Shown here in pieces: positions 24,828 to 36,502 of a stretch of 64,000 bases of DNA. How positions within the stretch are numbered: position 1 is the stretch's first letter; every line of letters starts with the position of its first letter. The stretch is from the human T2T-CHM13v2.0 reference genome, Homo sapiens, in assembly GCF_009914755.1 (NCBI RefSeq), contig NC_060942.1; one strand, written 5' to 3'. The translations under genes and the position numbers were made by a program. The notes beneath the pieces are model-generated. The model ran no database searches and was not told the origin of the DNA. It saw only the letters and a list, made by a program, of their open reading frames with translations.

Positions 24828-26458
24828 GTGAGTTTTTAATCGTACTTCTAACCTTGTCACTCATCCCCCTATATAAAATAAGAATCAAGAAGCTATGTTT
24901 ATTGCATTGGAGTCTGTCTTTTGTCACACGAAATTCATAACCTGTCATTTTAATTTATTTTAGAATATTATTTACTACTTTTCAACTATAAATAACATTT
25001 TCCTAGAAAAGTATTAAGTGGCACTCTCTCTTGTCTCCCAAAGTGTACAAGGCAACCCAAATCAATATTTTACTGATTTGCATAGTGTGTTTTCTACAAA
25101 TTCTTAAGAAATCTTTCAAAACTTGAATTATTAGAATTTAAAAACATTAACTCTGATCTGAGTTAAAGTCCTCAATAAGAGCAAGTGATCATTTCCCTAC
25201 TCTTAAGAAAGAAGTTAAAAGTATGATTGGCAAATATCTGGAACATGAGCTTTGTAAGCTCTTGCTGCATTTTTATTTATGTGTAGACTCAGCCATCAAT
25301 CACTGGCTTCTTATGAACAGAATGTGAGACCAATCATGCTGTTTTCCAAGATAAGAGAGTTTAAGTGAGAATCACAACCACTTCCTTCTCCTATGCTAGA
25401 CGCTATTGACAGGAATAAGGATATTGTGACATGTGAGATGTGTAGCATAGGCACAGAAGCTAGGCCAGATTTACTGCCACCCTGGGTATTCTTGATTGCC
25501 AAGATGGCTGTGGCTTCCAGTTGATGTCACAAATCTACTCATTCCCTGAGAATTGGGAAAGAAAACAAAAGAAATGGTAACTGGAAGCCATTGCCTGGGA
25601 AGTTGAATCACGGTTTTTTTATAATGTGCTGGACCTGATCTGAAAGTCAATACATGGTTGTGTAGGCTTAGCAAACTCCCTGACAACCCATTCAGGGTTT
25701 TCCTGCCTTCTCTCCTTTCCAGTATCTGGGTATATGTCCTGGCAGAATTTTCCCTTTAAAACGTATTCACTAAACTATACTTAAGGAAACTGAGTAAATA
25801 TTACATCTTTTAGGCTTTGCTTAAACAATAAAAAGGCCAGAATTTTTTTAAAAAAAATTAAACTTACCTAAAAAGAGCCTTTGACTAAATGATTAGTGAA
25901 GAAAGGCTTGAAATGTCCTGTGTCAACTTATTGAGAAAGTCTGTGCATATTTCATGGCTAAGTCATTTTGAAAGTCCATTTCACAGTAAAAGATATTCGG
26001 ATATTTGTAAAGCACTTTACTGTTTTAAAAAAACTGCTTTTACCATCTGTGATTTCACTGAAGTGTGCAGTTTGAAGTAACTCTGTAAATCAGGAAGGGG
26101 TTATGGGTCTCAATTTAGAGATAAGAAAATAAGACTCAAAGAGGTTAAATGAAGAGTTTGTATTTGAACCTAGAACTTGGGTCCTAAATCTGATGTTTGC
26201 TGCCTCATGAGGAAATGACAGAAGGTGTCTAATTTAAGTTTGCAATATGCCTAAACTGTGTTGAAAATCATACTTGCACTTGACATTTAAAAGTGAGAGT
26301 ACATGTGATAATTCTGGAAAAAAATAAAGCAAATATTTATTCTGCACTATGAACTTTGATTATAGTAATTGAGAAAAAAACATGCTGAGTGAACCCAAAG
26401 AATTTGAGTGCTGACAAAATCCAAAGCAACCTCAACTAATGAACGTTGTATCTTTCAG

Positions 26459-26544
26459 GTTTATAATGCACAAGGACCGAATGGATCTTCAGGGAAAGCA
26501 TTTAAAGTGCATCTTCAGCTTTGGGACACTGCGGGACAAGAGCG
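26459..26544 (+). CDS. RAB27B: RAB27B coding exon 2
   Basis: tctttcAG|gtt...gagcg|GTaata. Encodes [28 protein letters not shown](R), including the G3 motif WDTAGQE. 86 nt. Confidence 0.98.
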
Positions 26545-28213
26545 GTAATAGTAAATTGCTTTATTTGTGGCTACACATAGCTTAGAAAAACTTACTTTAA
26601 AATGAATTCTGTATGTGAACTTGAAAAACAAATAATATTCAACTCTTCTCCTGGTTTCAAAATAGACATTTGTATCCAGAAATAAAAATAAATGATTTGT
26701 AATTAATTAATCACAGTAGCACTGTGCAGTTGGTATGAATTTCAAAAATCAGACTTTCAAAAATCTCTCTGAAGATTCTTGCTATGCACTGTCTTTGCAC
26801 TTCTTAGAAGGAAAAAAAGGTTCTCCAGAATTTAATTGAATGAAGATGGGAAATTAACGCCGTTATAAGTGCTACTTGAAGAGGGAGTTGAAGAAAGGGT
26901 GTTAAGATCTTCCTTGTCTCTTTCTGTTATTTCAGCACAGCCTCTTTGTCCCATGCCATGCGACTGGCTTTGTCCTTTCAGACTTTGATCTTAAAACAAT
27001 TGCCCTCCAGCTAGAATATTTTACTCCTTCCCACTTTTTCTGATCCTCTCCTTGTACCAGGCCCAGCTCATATTTCTTCTCTTCTATGAAGCCTGTCTGA
27101 ACATCCCAGCTGAAACAAACTCCCACTTTTACTCTGAACTACTGCAGACACCGGTTATTTCACCCTTAAGGTCTAAATAATTATATGCCACCTTGTCTGA
27201 AATGAACATTCTATTTGTATCTTTAACTGTTGTTCACTGATTCACTTGGGGCCTTCTCACTCCAACAAAATTGTCATCTTTACAGGTGTGGAGATCTTGC
27301 CTGGCTTTCCAGCATTGTCTCTGGTACAGTGTCCAAGCTAATACTCGGTAGACAGTAGTGTTAATTCCTTAGAGCTGGAGGTACTATTCCATTGTTAGAT
27401 GGAAAAACAAAAGGGATCCAAAATTTCAAAGTGCAAAAGACCCCAAGCTAATGAAGCTTTTCAATATTAGATTAAATTAAAAGTGGCAAAAAATTGGCAG
27501 AGAGGATATTTAGAAGGCACATACCTCCAAATCCTGCATCGTGTGTCTTAGAATGCTTATGCTTGTAAACACTTCCATCTTTGAAATGCATCCAAAGCGT
27601 TCTCGCTTTTAGCGAGTGTAAATGCCAGGAGAGGTGCTGGGCCCTCTCTGTTAGCTTTTTTGACTGTGAATTCCATTTACACACACCCTTCAACACTGCT
27701 GGTTCCTCTGAAGCCATTCCTCACAAGAATCTCTGTTCATATGTCAGTTTTGTTGTCACAAAGATGTATGTTTTACAGAGCACTTTAATTCATTTTTGAA
27801 GAAGTAATATGAGAAAATGTGGTTCCCATATGTCCTCGCACATGATATGTCAGCCTTGCATGATGGCAGCCTTCTCTGTCTGTCCCCTGAAGGCAGCTGC
27901 TGTATGGGGGAAATGGGGAATACTCAGGGCAGCCTTCAGAACACTTGGGTTATTCATCACTTGAGAATTTTGCATTCTGTGTATATATAAGGTGTAACTA
28001 AGCAACAAGATAAACAATGCCTCACACCTCAGCCCTGTGCCTAAGGACATCTGGCTGTGCAATCCATGTAAGATAATGGGTATTGATAGAAGTCACATCA
28101 TGGGAAGGAAGAGAAAACACATGGCCCTTAAGGAAACTTAAAGGATACAAGGCACAGACTTCATTCCCAGTGAGGGGGAGGAGTGATAATGTAGCTTTGG
28201 GGTCTGTTTCTTC

Positions 28214-28730
28214 TGTGAACCTAGTGTTCTGGAGCAAAAGGGGCTCATCACTCAATGCGCTAGAAGCCAATACTATGACACTGGATTTTGAGAAAAAGAA
28301 AGGTTTTATTGCAAATCGACTTGCAGGGAGACAGGAGGGTCAAGCTCAAATCTGTCTTTTTGTTCTGGCTTTTTGAAGTAGTAGTTTTATTAGAAAAAGT
28401 TGTGGCAGGGGTGGGTTCTAAAGGGGAGGGCTGGAAAGTCCTTGGACGTGGGCAGTTATCTCCGCATTCTATCTCAGGGGTCACGTGTGGAAATTCAAGG
28501 GGAGTTAGTATGAAACATGTGGTAGAAATTCAGGCTGTGACATTAGCAAGCTCATTCTGTACAGATTCCAGTCGGCCATATCGGTTCCAGTCGATTTCAG
28601 CCAGTTCTCTTATCTTATAAGCAGAGGGAGTTTCAGTGTTTCAGCAAGTTATTTCCTTCTTTATCTGCCATCCTGCAAACTCAATTTCTGTTCATCATTG
28701 GTTTCTGTAACTCTTTGGAACATGGTTTCA
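28214..28730 (-). mobile_element. ERV1-class LTR (MER101-like)
   Basis: TG...CA ends; GATGCGCTAGAAGCCAATACTATGACAC-type and GGAGACAGGAG..CAAGCTCAAATCTGTC motifs match a recalled MER4-group LTR. Subfamily uncertain. Confidence 0.55.
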
Positions 28731-29394
28731 CTGGTTCCTCCACCCTGCTGACTCAATAGACAGAATGAGATGGGTGGGGGAGGCTGGAAACGAATTACTT
28801 GTCTCCCCGTGGGGGAAATGGGGGATATCAAAGATACTGGACAGAATAGAGCCAGATGTCTGTTACTGCTCTGGAACAAGCGTGTCCTATCCATCCTGCT
28901 GGGGAGGAGAAATTGTTTGCCCCAAACAGATCACTACAGCAAGCATGTTTTTGAGTAACTTTGTCATACGCTCTGGGCAATGAGAGGGAATAACACACAG
29001 TTTTGTTCTCAAATGAGACACACACACTTAAGGAGAGAACAAAGAGCAGTTTTCCTGGCATGACACAATTATGGTCAAGTAGGAGACAATTTTGTGGGTA
29101 CAGCTAGTTTCCAAAGAGGGAGAATTATTCAATCAAAGCACTATAATCTCTGTGGGCTTCCAAGGAATGGTAGAAACAAATCCACAAGAAAAAATTGAAT
29201 AAATTTTTTTGGTATTTCTGCTCTACAGTTTTAGATCATGATGATGCCCTACAAACAAATCCTACTTTGGAAATAAATAGCAGTGAAAATATCTCTTCTC
29301 CCATCTTTTGGTATGAAAAGTATCATTCTCTGTTGCAGTCATTTAAAATATTTAATAATTGTATATCTTTTACTGTTTCTTTCTTTCACTTGCA

Positions 29395-30450
29395 CTGTTT
29401 AACTTCACAAATATTTAGTGAGCAAATACCAGGTTCTGAGCCATGAAAATATGATGGATAGCAAGTTAGAAACACAGCTCCCTTCCCCTTAGAGCTTACA
29501 GTCTAGGGTAGAATTTGGATGAATAAACAATCGCAATGGAGCCTTAGGATACTAACAGGAAAACAAAGACATAGGCAGGCCCACCAGGAGGAGCGCATAG
29601 CCCACATGCAGTGTTGGGAAGGCCCCTTCGGGAAGTGTTATTTCCTCTGATACCATTATGTATTTGCTCATGCACAATGTATGAGTGAGTGCTATCCAGG
29701 CTCAACGAAGGGGTAGGAAGAAAAGGAAGCACTAAGACTAAGTAACCCACAGAAAGACCAGCATGTGTGAAAGCCCAGGGGAGCAGAGTGAACTTTCTAA
29801 GAACTAAAAGAAGATCAGCATGTCTGTGGGTAGTCAAAGGGATGAAGTTGGATAGATGAACAAAGATCACTTCCTGCAGAGCCTTGCCAGCTTTGTAAGG
29901 AGTTTGTGCATTACCTTACGAGTGATGTCTAATCATTAAAATGTCGTTAGTAGAGCATTGATATAATCTATGGGAAGAAATGGAGTGGTGATAGGAGTAG
30001 GGTCCCAAACAAAACTGGACACGGGAAGCCTAATCAGAAAGCTGTTGAAGTTGTCCAGGTGAGAGAGAATGGGTTTGGAAGTAGAGTAGTGGCAGAGTAG
30101 ATGGCCAGAAATGAGAAGGTCGAAAGATATATGTTAACTGTAGACACCAGGTGAAGGAGGAAGGGATCATGGCAACCAGAAGGGTGGTGATGTCATAAAC
30201 AGAAAAAGAAATTAGGAAGAGTGGCCAGTTTGGTTTTGGATGTATGAAGTTGGAGATGCCTGAGTTTCCACCAGCTGGAAGTATCCAACAAGTAATTAGG
30301 CATCTAATGTGAAAGGCAGGGAACATCTGGATCTCTAATTTTGGGCTTCTCAACACACAGGCTACAAATGAGCCACGGAAGTGGATAAGATTATCCAGTC
30401 AATGTATATAGAGTAAGAGGGGTCAAGAATAGACCTCTGAGGAAACCAAC
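29395..30450 (-). mobile_element. L2 LINE fragments
   Basis: cacaaatatttagtgagcaaatacc...agagcttacagtctag...ggccagtttggttttggatgtatgaagttggagatgcct: antisense L2-like. Boundaries approximate. Confidence 0.55.
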
Positions 30451-31421
30451 ACAAAGGATCTATAAAAAGGCTAAAATAGGAGACCAAAAATTAGAAGAAC
30501 ATTTAGGATAGGAAGCGATATCTCTAGTTCAAAGTTATGTGCCTTTCTAAAAACCCATTGCCAAATTCAAAACCTTCTCTGGTCCCTACATGTGGTCTCT
30601 GGTTTTGCCCATTGCTCTTATTGAAGTGAATCTCAGCACATCTTTAACTTCACTGAAGATGGTTGGTGGTGGCTGGGGTCGGGGGTGAGGGCATGGAAAG
30701 CTGACCAGGCAGGGAAAAACTTTGCATTGCACACGAAAGAGCAAATTCTCTAAAATCCTCATTAGAAATGAGAGTTCTTTCCTTCTTTCCCCAATGACTA
30801 TGTCTCTTTTCTGTCCTGACCCCCACTCAGTCCTCCAATCATCTTCCTTTTCCTCGTGAATCCTAGATGCCAACCTGAAGCTCAGTTTTACCCCCAAACA
30901 GTGCTTTTTGAAAAGAGTTTTGTCATCAATATTCTTCCTTACAAAAGAATTCCAATTCCTGTAGCTAACAAGTTGCGGTTTCCTTCATATCATCACAGGC
31001 ATTCATTTTCAGGCTACTGTGTGCCAAGCTTTCTTCTGGGCACAGACAAGAAAGATGGAAAGTATAGGTTAAAGTCCCCACTCTAAAGTGCTTTACATTT
31101 TAAATGTGGACCACAAAATGCCCACGAGCCAAAAAGATTCCAAGAAGCTGTGTAAGCAAATCCATGATTGAATGTTACAAACTGTGTGTATAAAGTGCTG
31201 TGAGATCAGAAAGCCAGGAAGTGGTCTTAAAAAAAAAAACTACAACCAAATCTTCTCTCTTGGTTCTTCAGCAATTTCTCTGCCCACATTCCCATTTCCC
31301 TAAGATATTCCATAAGGGCCAGTCACGGAGAATTCATACCTGAAAGGGAAACTGTTATTTGTGTTGTTGTCAAAGATATGTGGACTAACTTTCAGAACTA
31401 CCCACTGTGTTTCCTTGGCAG

Positions 31422-31525
31422 GTTCCGGAGTCTCACCACTGCATTTTTCAGAGACGCCATGGGCTTCTTATTAATGTTTGACCTCACCAGTCAACAGAGC
31501 TTCTTAAATGTCAGAAACTGGATGA
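31422..31525 (+). CDS. RAB27B: RAB27B coding exon 3
   Basis: ttccttggcAG|gttccgg...ggatga|GTaagt. Encodes [34 protein letters not shown]. 104 nt; phases match both neighbouring exons. Confidence 0.98.
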
Positions 31526-32793
31526 GTAAGTGGGACTGAGTAATGTGCATTGGCCGCTTTGGGACTCAACTGCTTTAGGTGCTTGTTGGTCTTGCAAGAT
31601 GAAACCAGATTGGGTACCACAGATTAACTTTCAAAGTCATGAGTTTAGTGTTGCCTGTGCCACTGTGTCACCTTCAAAGTGGTGGCCTTTATGTGGACCA
31701 CCCTAGGTAGCTTGGAATAGTATTTTCTAAATATCTAAAAATTGATATTTTTAGAGGAAGCCTATGTAGCTTTATCACCACTTGTATTTAAGATCTTTAT
31801 TATTGTCATTGAAAGGCCATTGATTCCACTTTTCCAGTAAGTCTTGAAGGACTTCTTAAAACTAAGTGAGCTACTACATTTGACCTGGAGAGATCACAGG
31901 GAAAATCGGCAGTATTTTCTGAGGGGACACTGGCACTGAAGGTGTGTTAAACACTAGTGGGTTAATTAGGTGTGAAACCAGAGCAGACCAGTCGCATGAT
32001 GATAAGGTGAGGCATAGCACAGTGTGTCAGTCAGTCAGCTCGCTTGGGAATTTTACTTTTAAAAAGGGGTTCAAATGTGAGGAAACCATGTAAAGACAAA
32101 TCTCCAGCCCCTGTGGAAACTTCGATATAGTACAAATTGAAATGTTGCCTAATCAATTACTAAAGTCATATTGACATACATCACCACAGGAGAGAAGTAT
32201 TGGAATTTTCCTTTGTTTTACTTGATGTCATAATAAAGGGCATATTTCATTTGTATTTTTTATTACAAATAAGAATTTTGATCCTAGCAGGATATACAAG
32301 TAGCAGGACAGCTGAGTCGTCCTATGGGGCTGCTCTTATCATTTCCAGATTTGTCTGGGCCATCTGTAGCTAGAGTTGTATTTTTTAAAAACTAGATCAT
32401 GTTATTTTCCTGCTCAGAGTCCTTCTGTAACTTTCCATCTTACCCGGAATAAAATCCAGAGTCCTTCACTTACCTACAAGGTCACTGTGATGATGTCTGG
32501 GCTTCCTCCGTAATTCCCTCTTACTTGGGCCCCGTTCACTAGCCTTCAGCCAAACTGCCTCACATGCTATTCCCAGTATGAAAATCTTGCCATTCCCTTT
32601 ATCTTTTTTCTCTTCTCTCATTTACAGCCCTGTGCTAGTTTCTTCATTCCCTTCAAGTTCTGGCCAAACTTTATTTACCTCTTGACTGACCACTCCATCT
32701 AAAATAGTACTCATCACTGTGTATCCCCTCAACACACTTTATAGGTCATGGCCATCACCTGATAATGTGTTATGTATTTTTTGGTTTACTTGT

Positions 32794-33200
32794 TGTGTTA
32801 GTTCATTCTTGCATTGCTGTAAAGAAATTCCTGAGACTGGGTAATTTATAAAGAAAAGAGGTTTAATTGACTCACAGTTCTGCAGGCTGTATGGGAAGCA
32901 TGTTGCTGGCATCTGCTTGGCTTCTGGGGAGGACTCAGGAAACTTACAATCATGGGGAAGGTGACGGGGGAGCAGGCACATCTGACATAGCAGGAGCAGC
33001 AAGTGAGCAAAGGGGGACGTGCCACACACTTCTAAGTAACCAGACCTCATGAGAACTCACTATCATGAGAACAGTACCAGGGGATGGTGCTAGACCATTC
33101 ATGAGAAATACTCCCCCAGGATCCAGTTGCCTCCCACTAGGCCCCACCTCCCACATTGGGGATTACATTTCAACGTTGGACATAGATCCAAACCATATCA
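32794..33200 (-). mobile_element. MSTA-like MaLR solo LTR inserted in an L2 remnant
   Basis: TGTGTTAGTTCATTCTTGCATTGCTGTAAAGAAAT...CCAAACCATATCA; TSD CTTGT/CTTCT. Confidence 0.85.
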
Positions 33201-34059
33201 CTTCTACACCCACTTCAAGTTTTACCCAAACCTTATTTGTCTCTTGACTGACCACCCCATCTGAAATAGTACTCATCACTTTGTATCCCCTCAACACGCT
33301 TTAGAGTTCATTCAGTCCCAGCCATCACCTGACATGATGTGATGTATTTTTGGTTTACTTGTGTTTTTGATGCTTTCTACCACTAGAATGTAAGCTCTTA
33401 TGAGAGTGCAGACTTTTCCATTTTATTTCAATGCAATATGCCATACCTGGGTGAGTGCCTGGCACAGAGTAGATGCTCAAAATAGATATATTTCTTATCA
33501 CTACATATTATACAAAATTGATAATGTATTTTGTATATAATTCATGATTATATATAATAATTATATAGAACCACTCTCGGTGTGGGTTCAATAACCTTGT
33601 AACTAATGGGGAAACAAATTCTGACTTTCATAATTGCTTCTCCAAATGAACGTTTATCTTAGGATCTGTCCTTTATTTCCATTTAATATTGTATTTCATT
33701 ACCCAAATTTTGGTGGTAGCTTTAGATTCCCAGGAGACAAGGAGATAATAAGCTTATTAAATTCTTTCAGAGAATGGTTTGTTTATCCTTTTTCAAGGCA
33801 GATGAGAGTCTCCCTTGTTTTTAAACGTCTCCAGAAGGATATTGCTGAGATTTAAGATAATTAATTGTCATGCCTAATAACACTTTAATTTTTAACACCC
33901 AAGTAATTGGTGTTACAGGGTTAGCCTTTCTTTGTCTTCTTCCTCTAGTCTTGGCAAGGTAGCACACAGCATGCCTTATGATAGACATTAGAGCAGCCTC
34001 TGTAACCTCAAAAACACAGCTTGACAGGTTTCTTATATTTTTTTCCCTTTTTTTCTTAC

Positions 34060-34190
34060 CATGCCCTTCCTGCCCTGCCCTGCCCTCCCCTCGCCAACTC
34101 TCCCTCCCTTCCTCCCTCCCTCCCTCCCTCCCTTCCTTCCTTCCCTCCCTCCCTCCCTCCTCTTTCTCTCTCTCTCCTCCCCCCTCCGCC
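34060..34190 (+). repeat. (CCCT/CCTT)n polypyrimidine low-complexity tract
   Basis: Read directly from the sequence. Confidence 0.9.
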
Positions 34191-34565
34191 CACACATAGT
34201 GTTTTTTGGAGAAAAGAGAAAAACAAATTACTGGTCTTAAAATTGTTTCTACATGAATTTGTAGTGATTAAAAAATGCTCCACACTATAGATCATCATTT
34301 CGGAGGTTAGAGAAAGGAAAGGTAACAACTTCCTAAAGGAAAAAACAAATTTACCCACTTAAAAATCATGTTCTATTTACCTCCATCTATATTTGAGGAA
34401 CAAATGGTGTGAAGCAGTTATGGCCATCTCAGGGAGCATTTCCCCAGATGTATTCCGTATTTACTGAATACTTACTATGTGCTAGCAACTTGGTATGTAT
34501 TATTAGAAGATATACTGTATTATTAGAAGAAATCCCCTTATTTATTATTATGTATGTGTATTATG

Positions 34566-34874
34566 TATTATTAGAAGAAATCCCCTTAACCAAGAATAGC
34601 ACATGGATTGAAAAGATCTTCCAGAGGAATATATGTGATGTTTTAATGAATTACTTAATAATAAAAGCACCTAACATTTACTAAATGTTTGGTATTGACA
34701 GAGGTGCTTCATATATATTATTAGAAGAAATCTCCTTAAGCAAGAACAGCGCATGGATTAAAAAGATCTTCCAAAGGAATACATATGATGTATTAATGAA
34801 TTACTTAATAATAAAAGCACCTAACATTTACTAAATGTTGGGTATTGATACAGGTGTTTCATATATATTATTAG
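34566..34874 (+). repeat. 150-bp tandem duplication (2 copies); a third partial copy lies at 35283-35396
   Basis: TATTATTAGAAGAAATC(C/T)CCTTAA...TAATGAATTACTTAATAATAAAAGCACCTAACATTTACT repeats with period 150. Confidence 0.92.
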
Positions 34875-35083
34875 TCCCCTTCATAATCTGAAATTTGTAA
34901 GGTGTTATCTCCGTTTTACAGATAAGCACATTGTGACTGGGAAGAGGAAGTAACTTGGCCAATATAACTAGTAAGCAACCAAACTGGAGATAAGCAATTA
35001 GATCAGGAATCTGGAATAAGAGCAGTCATTTGACATCACTTATTTATCAATAACTTGCTGGTTCCATCTGCTTTCTTTTCAAG

Positions 35084-35207
35084 GCCAACTGCAAGCAAAT
35101 GCTTATTGTGAAAATCCAGATATAGTATTAATTGGCAACAAGGCAGACCTACCAGATCAGAGGGAAGTCAATGAACGGCAAGCTCGGGAACTGGCTGACA
35201 AATATGG
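35084..35207 (+). CDS. RAB27B: RAB27B coding exon 4
   Basis: ctttcttttcaAG|gccaa...tatgg|GTaagt. Encodes (S)[40 protein letters not shown](G), including the G4 motif NKAD. 124 nt. Confidence 0.98.
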
Positions 35208-35369
35208 GTAAGTCAGTTACACTGAGATGGCATGTGACTTGCACACTGCTGTTCAACAAATGGAGCAGAGACATTAGATTGATATTAGAAGAAATCCCCT
35301 TAACCAAGAACAGCATGTGGATTAAAAAGATCTTTCAGAGAGATATATATGATGTATTAATGAATTACT

Positions 35370-35610
35370 TAATAATAAGAGCACCTAACATTTACTGTAT
35401 ACCTATAATGTGCTAGCAACAGTTCCTAGACATTAACTCATTTTAACCCATCATAACTAGAGTTATCTCATTTTATATATAAGAATTGAGTCACAGAGAG
35501 ATTAAGTAACTGATGGAAGGCCACCCCACACAGTTAGTGACAGGCAGAGCTTAAACTCAATCCAGACAGTCTGATATCAAAGCTCATGCTCTTAAACACT
35601 GTATTCTTCT
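35370..35610 (-). mobile_element. MIR SINE remnant
   Basis: aataataagagcacctaacatttact...ctcattttatatataagaattgagtcacagagagattaagtaac...cacacagttagtgacaggcagagc is MIR core-like. Confidence 0.6.
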
Positions 35611-36312
35611 GCCTCTCAATCAATAGATGTAAAACTCCAAGAAATAATCCCTGACAAGGGTATGAAAATGTGGTCTTTATCCCAGCTGAGCTTGAATGGC
35701 AGCTTAAAAAAAAAAACAGAAACAACACCCCATGTAATTGTAAATTGACTTCCGTGGCAGAATCTGTCATTATTCTTTAAATTTAAAGTAGTTTTATCAT
35801 ATCTGCCAATTTTTTATGGAAGAATTCTCCCTAAAAGCTGTACAATTTACACGTCTTTCTTGAAACTTTTAAATCCAAATAAACATTGACTGTATTCACA
35901 CAAATATCCTTATTCAATGCATACCTATTTTTTAAAGGAGATTTCCAGATAATTGAGTGGAAGGGAAGCAATATTTTAATAGTAACATTGGTCAGTAGTT
36001 TTATTGATCAGAGGGTATTTTTCCCCTCCTAATTTTTTTAAACAGTGATAATGCCTTGGCTTCAACTTCCTGACTACCTCTTGTGTCAATTTCCTTGCCC
36101 ATAAAACTGGTTGTAATCATACTAAAGAGCAGCTCACCAATTTTTACTCACTGAGGAAAAAACAAGGATGCTTTCCAACTTAGCCAGCAAAACCATAATC
36201 ATTTCACAATCTCTCAGCCAGCCGTTTTTGCATGTGTGATTCACTTGTACATCTTGCTGTATCTGTTCTGATTTCTTCCTCTCAAAAATATTTGCCATCC
36301 TTTCTATGCTAG

Positions 36313-36502
36313 CATACCATATTTTGAAACAAGTGCAGCAACTGGACAGAATGTGGAGAAAGCTGTAGAAACCCTTTTGGACTTAATCATGAAGCGAATG
36401 GAACAGTGTGTGGAGAAGACACAAATCCCTGATACTGTCAATGGTGGAAATTCTGGAAACTTGGATGGGGAAAAGCCACCAGAGAAGAAATGTATCTGCT
36501 AG
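36313..36502 (+). CDS. RAB27B: RAB27B last coding exon
   Basis: tttctatgctAG|catacca. Encodes [62 protein letters not shown] (G5 ETSA, C-terminal CXC prenylation motif), TAG at 36500-36502. Spliced CDS is 153+86+104+124+190 = 657 nt = 218 aa plus stop. Confidence 0.98.

Noticed and set aside
33821-34358. Low-complexity ORFs (EGGREG/PSLPPS), also at 46654-47009 and 52285-52632
   Set aside because: Products of CCCT/TTTC/GGAA simple repeats.
34498-35396. Recurring TATTATTAGAAGAAATCCCC motif that could suggest a CRISPR-like array
   Set aside because: Eukaryotic intron; the intervening sequences are duplicated rather than unique spacers, spacing is irregular, and there are no cas genes.
35132-35416. 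94-aa ORF overlapping RAB27B exon 4 in another frame
   Set aside because: Starts at a non-ATG codon, is out of frame with RAB27B and runs into duplicated intronic sequence.
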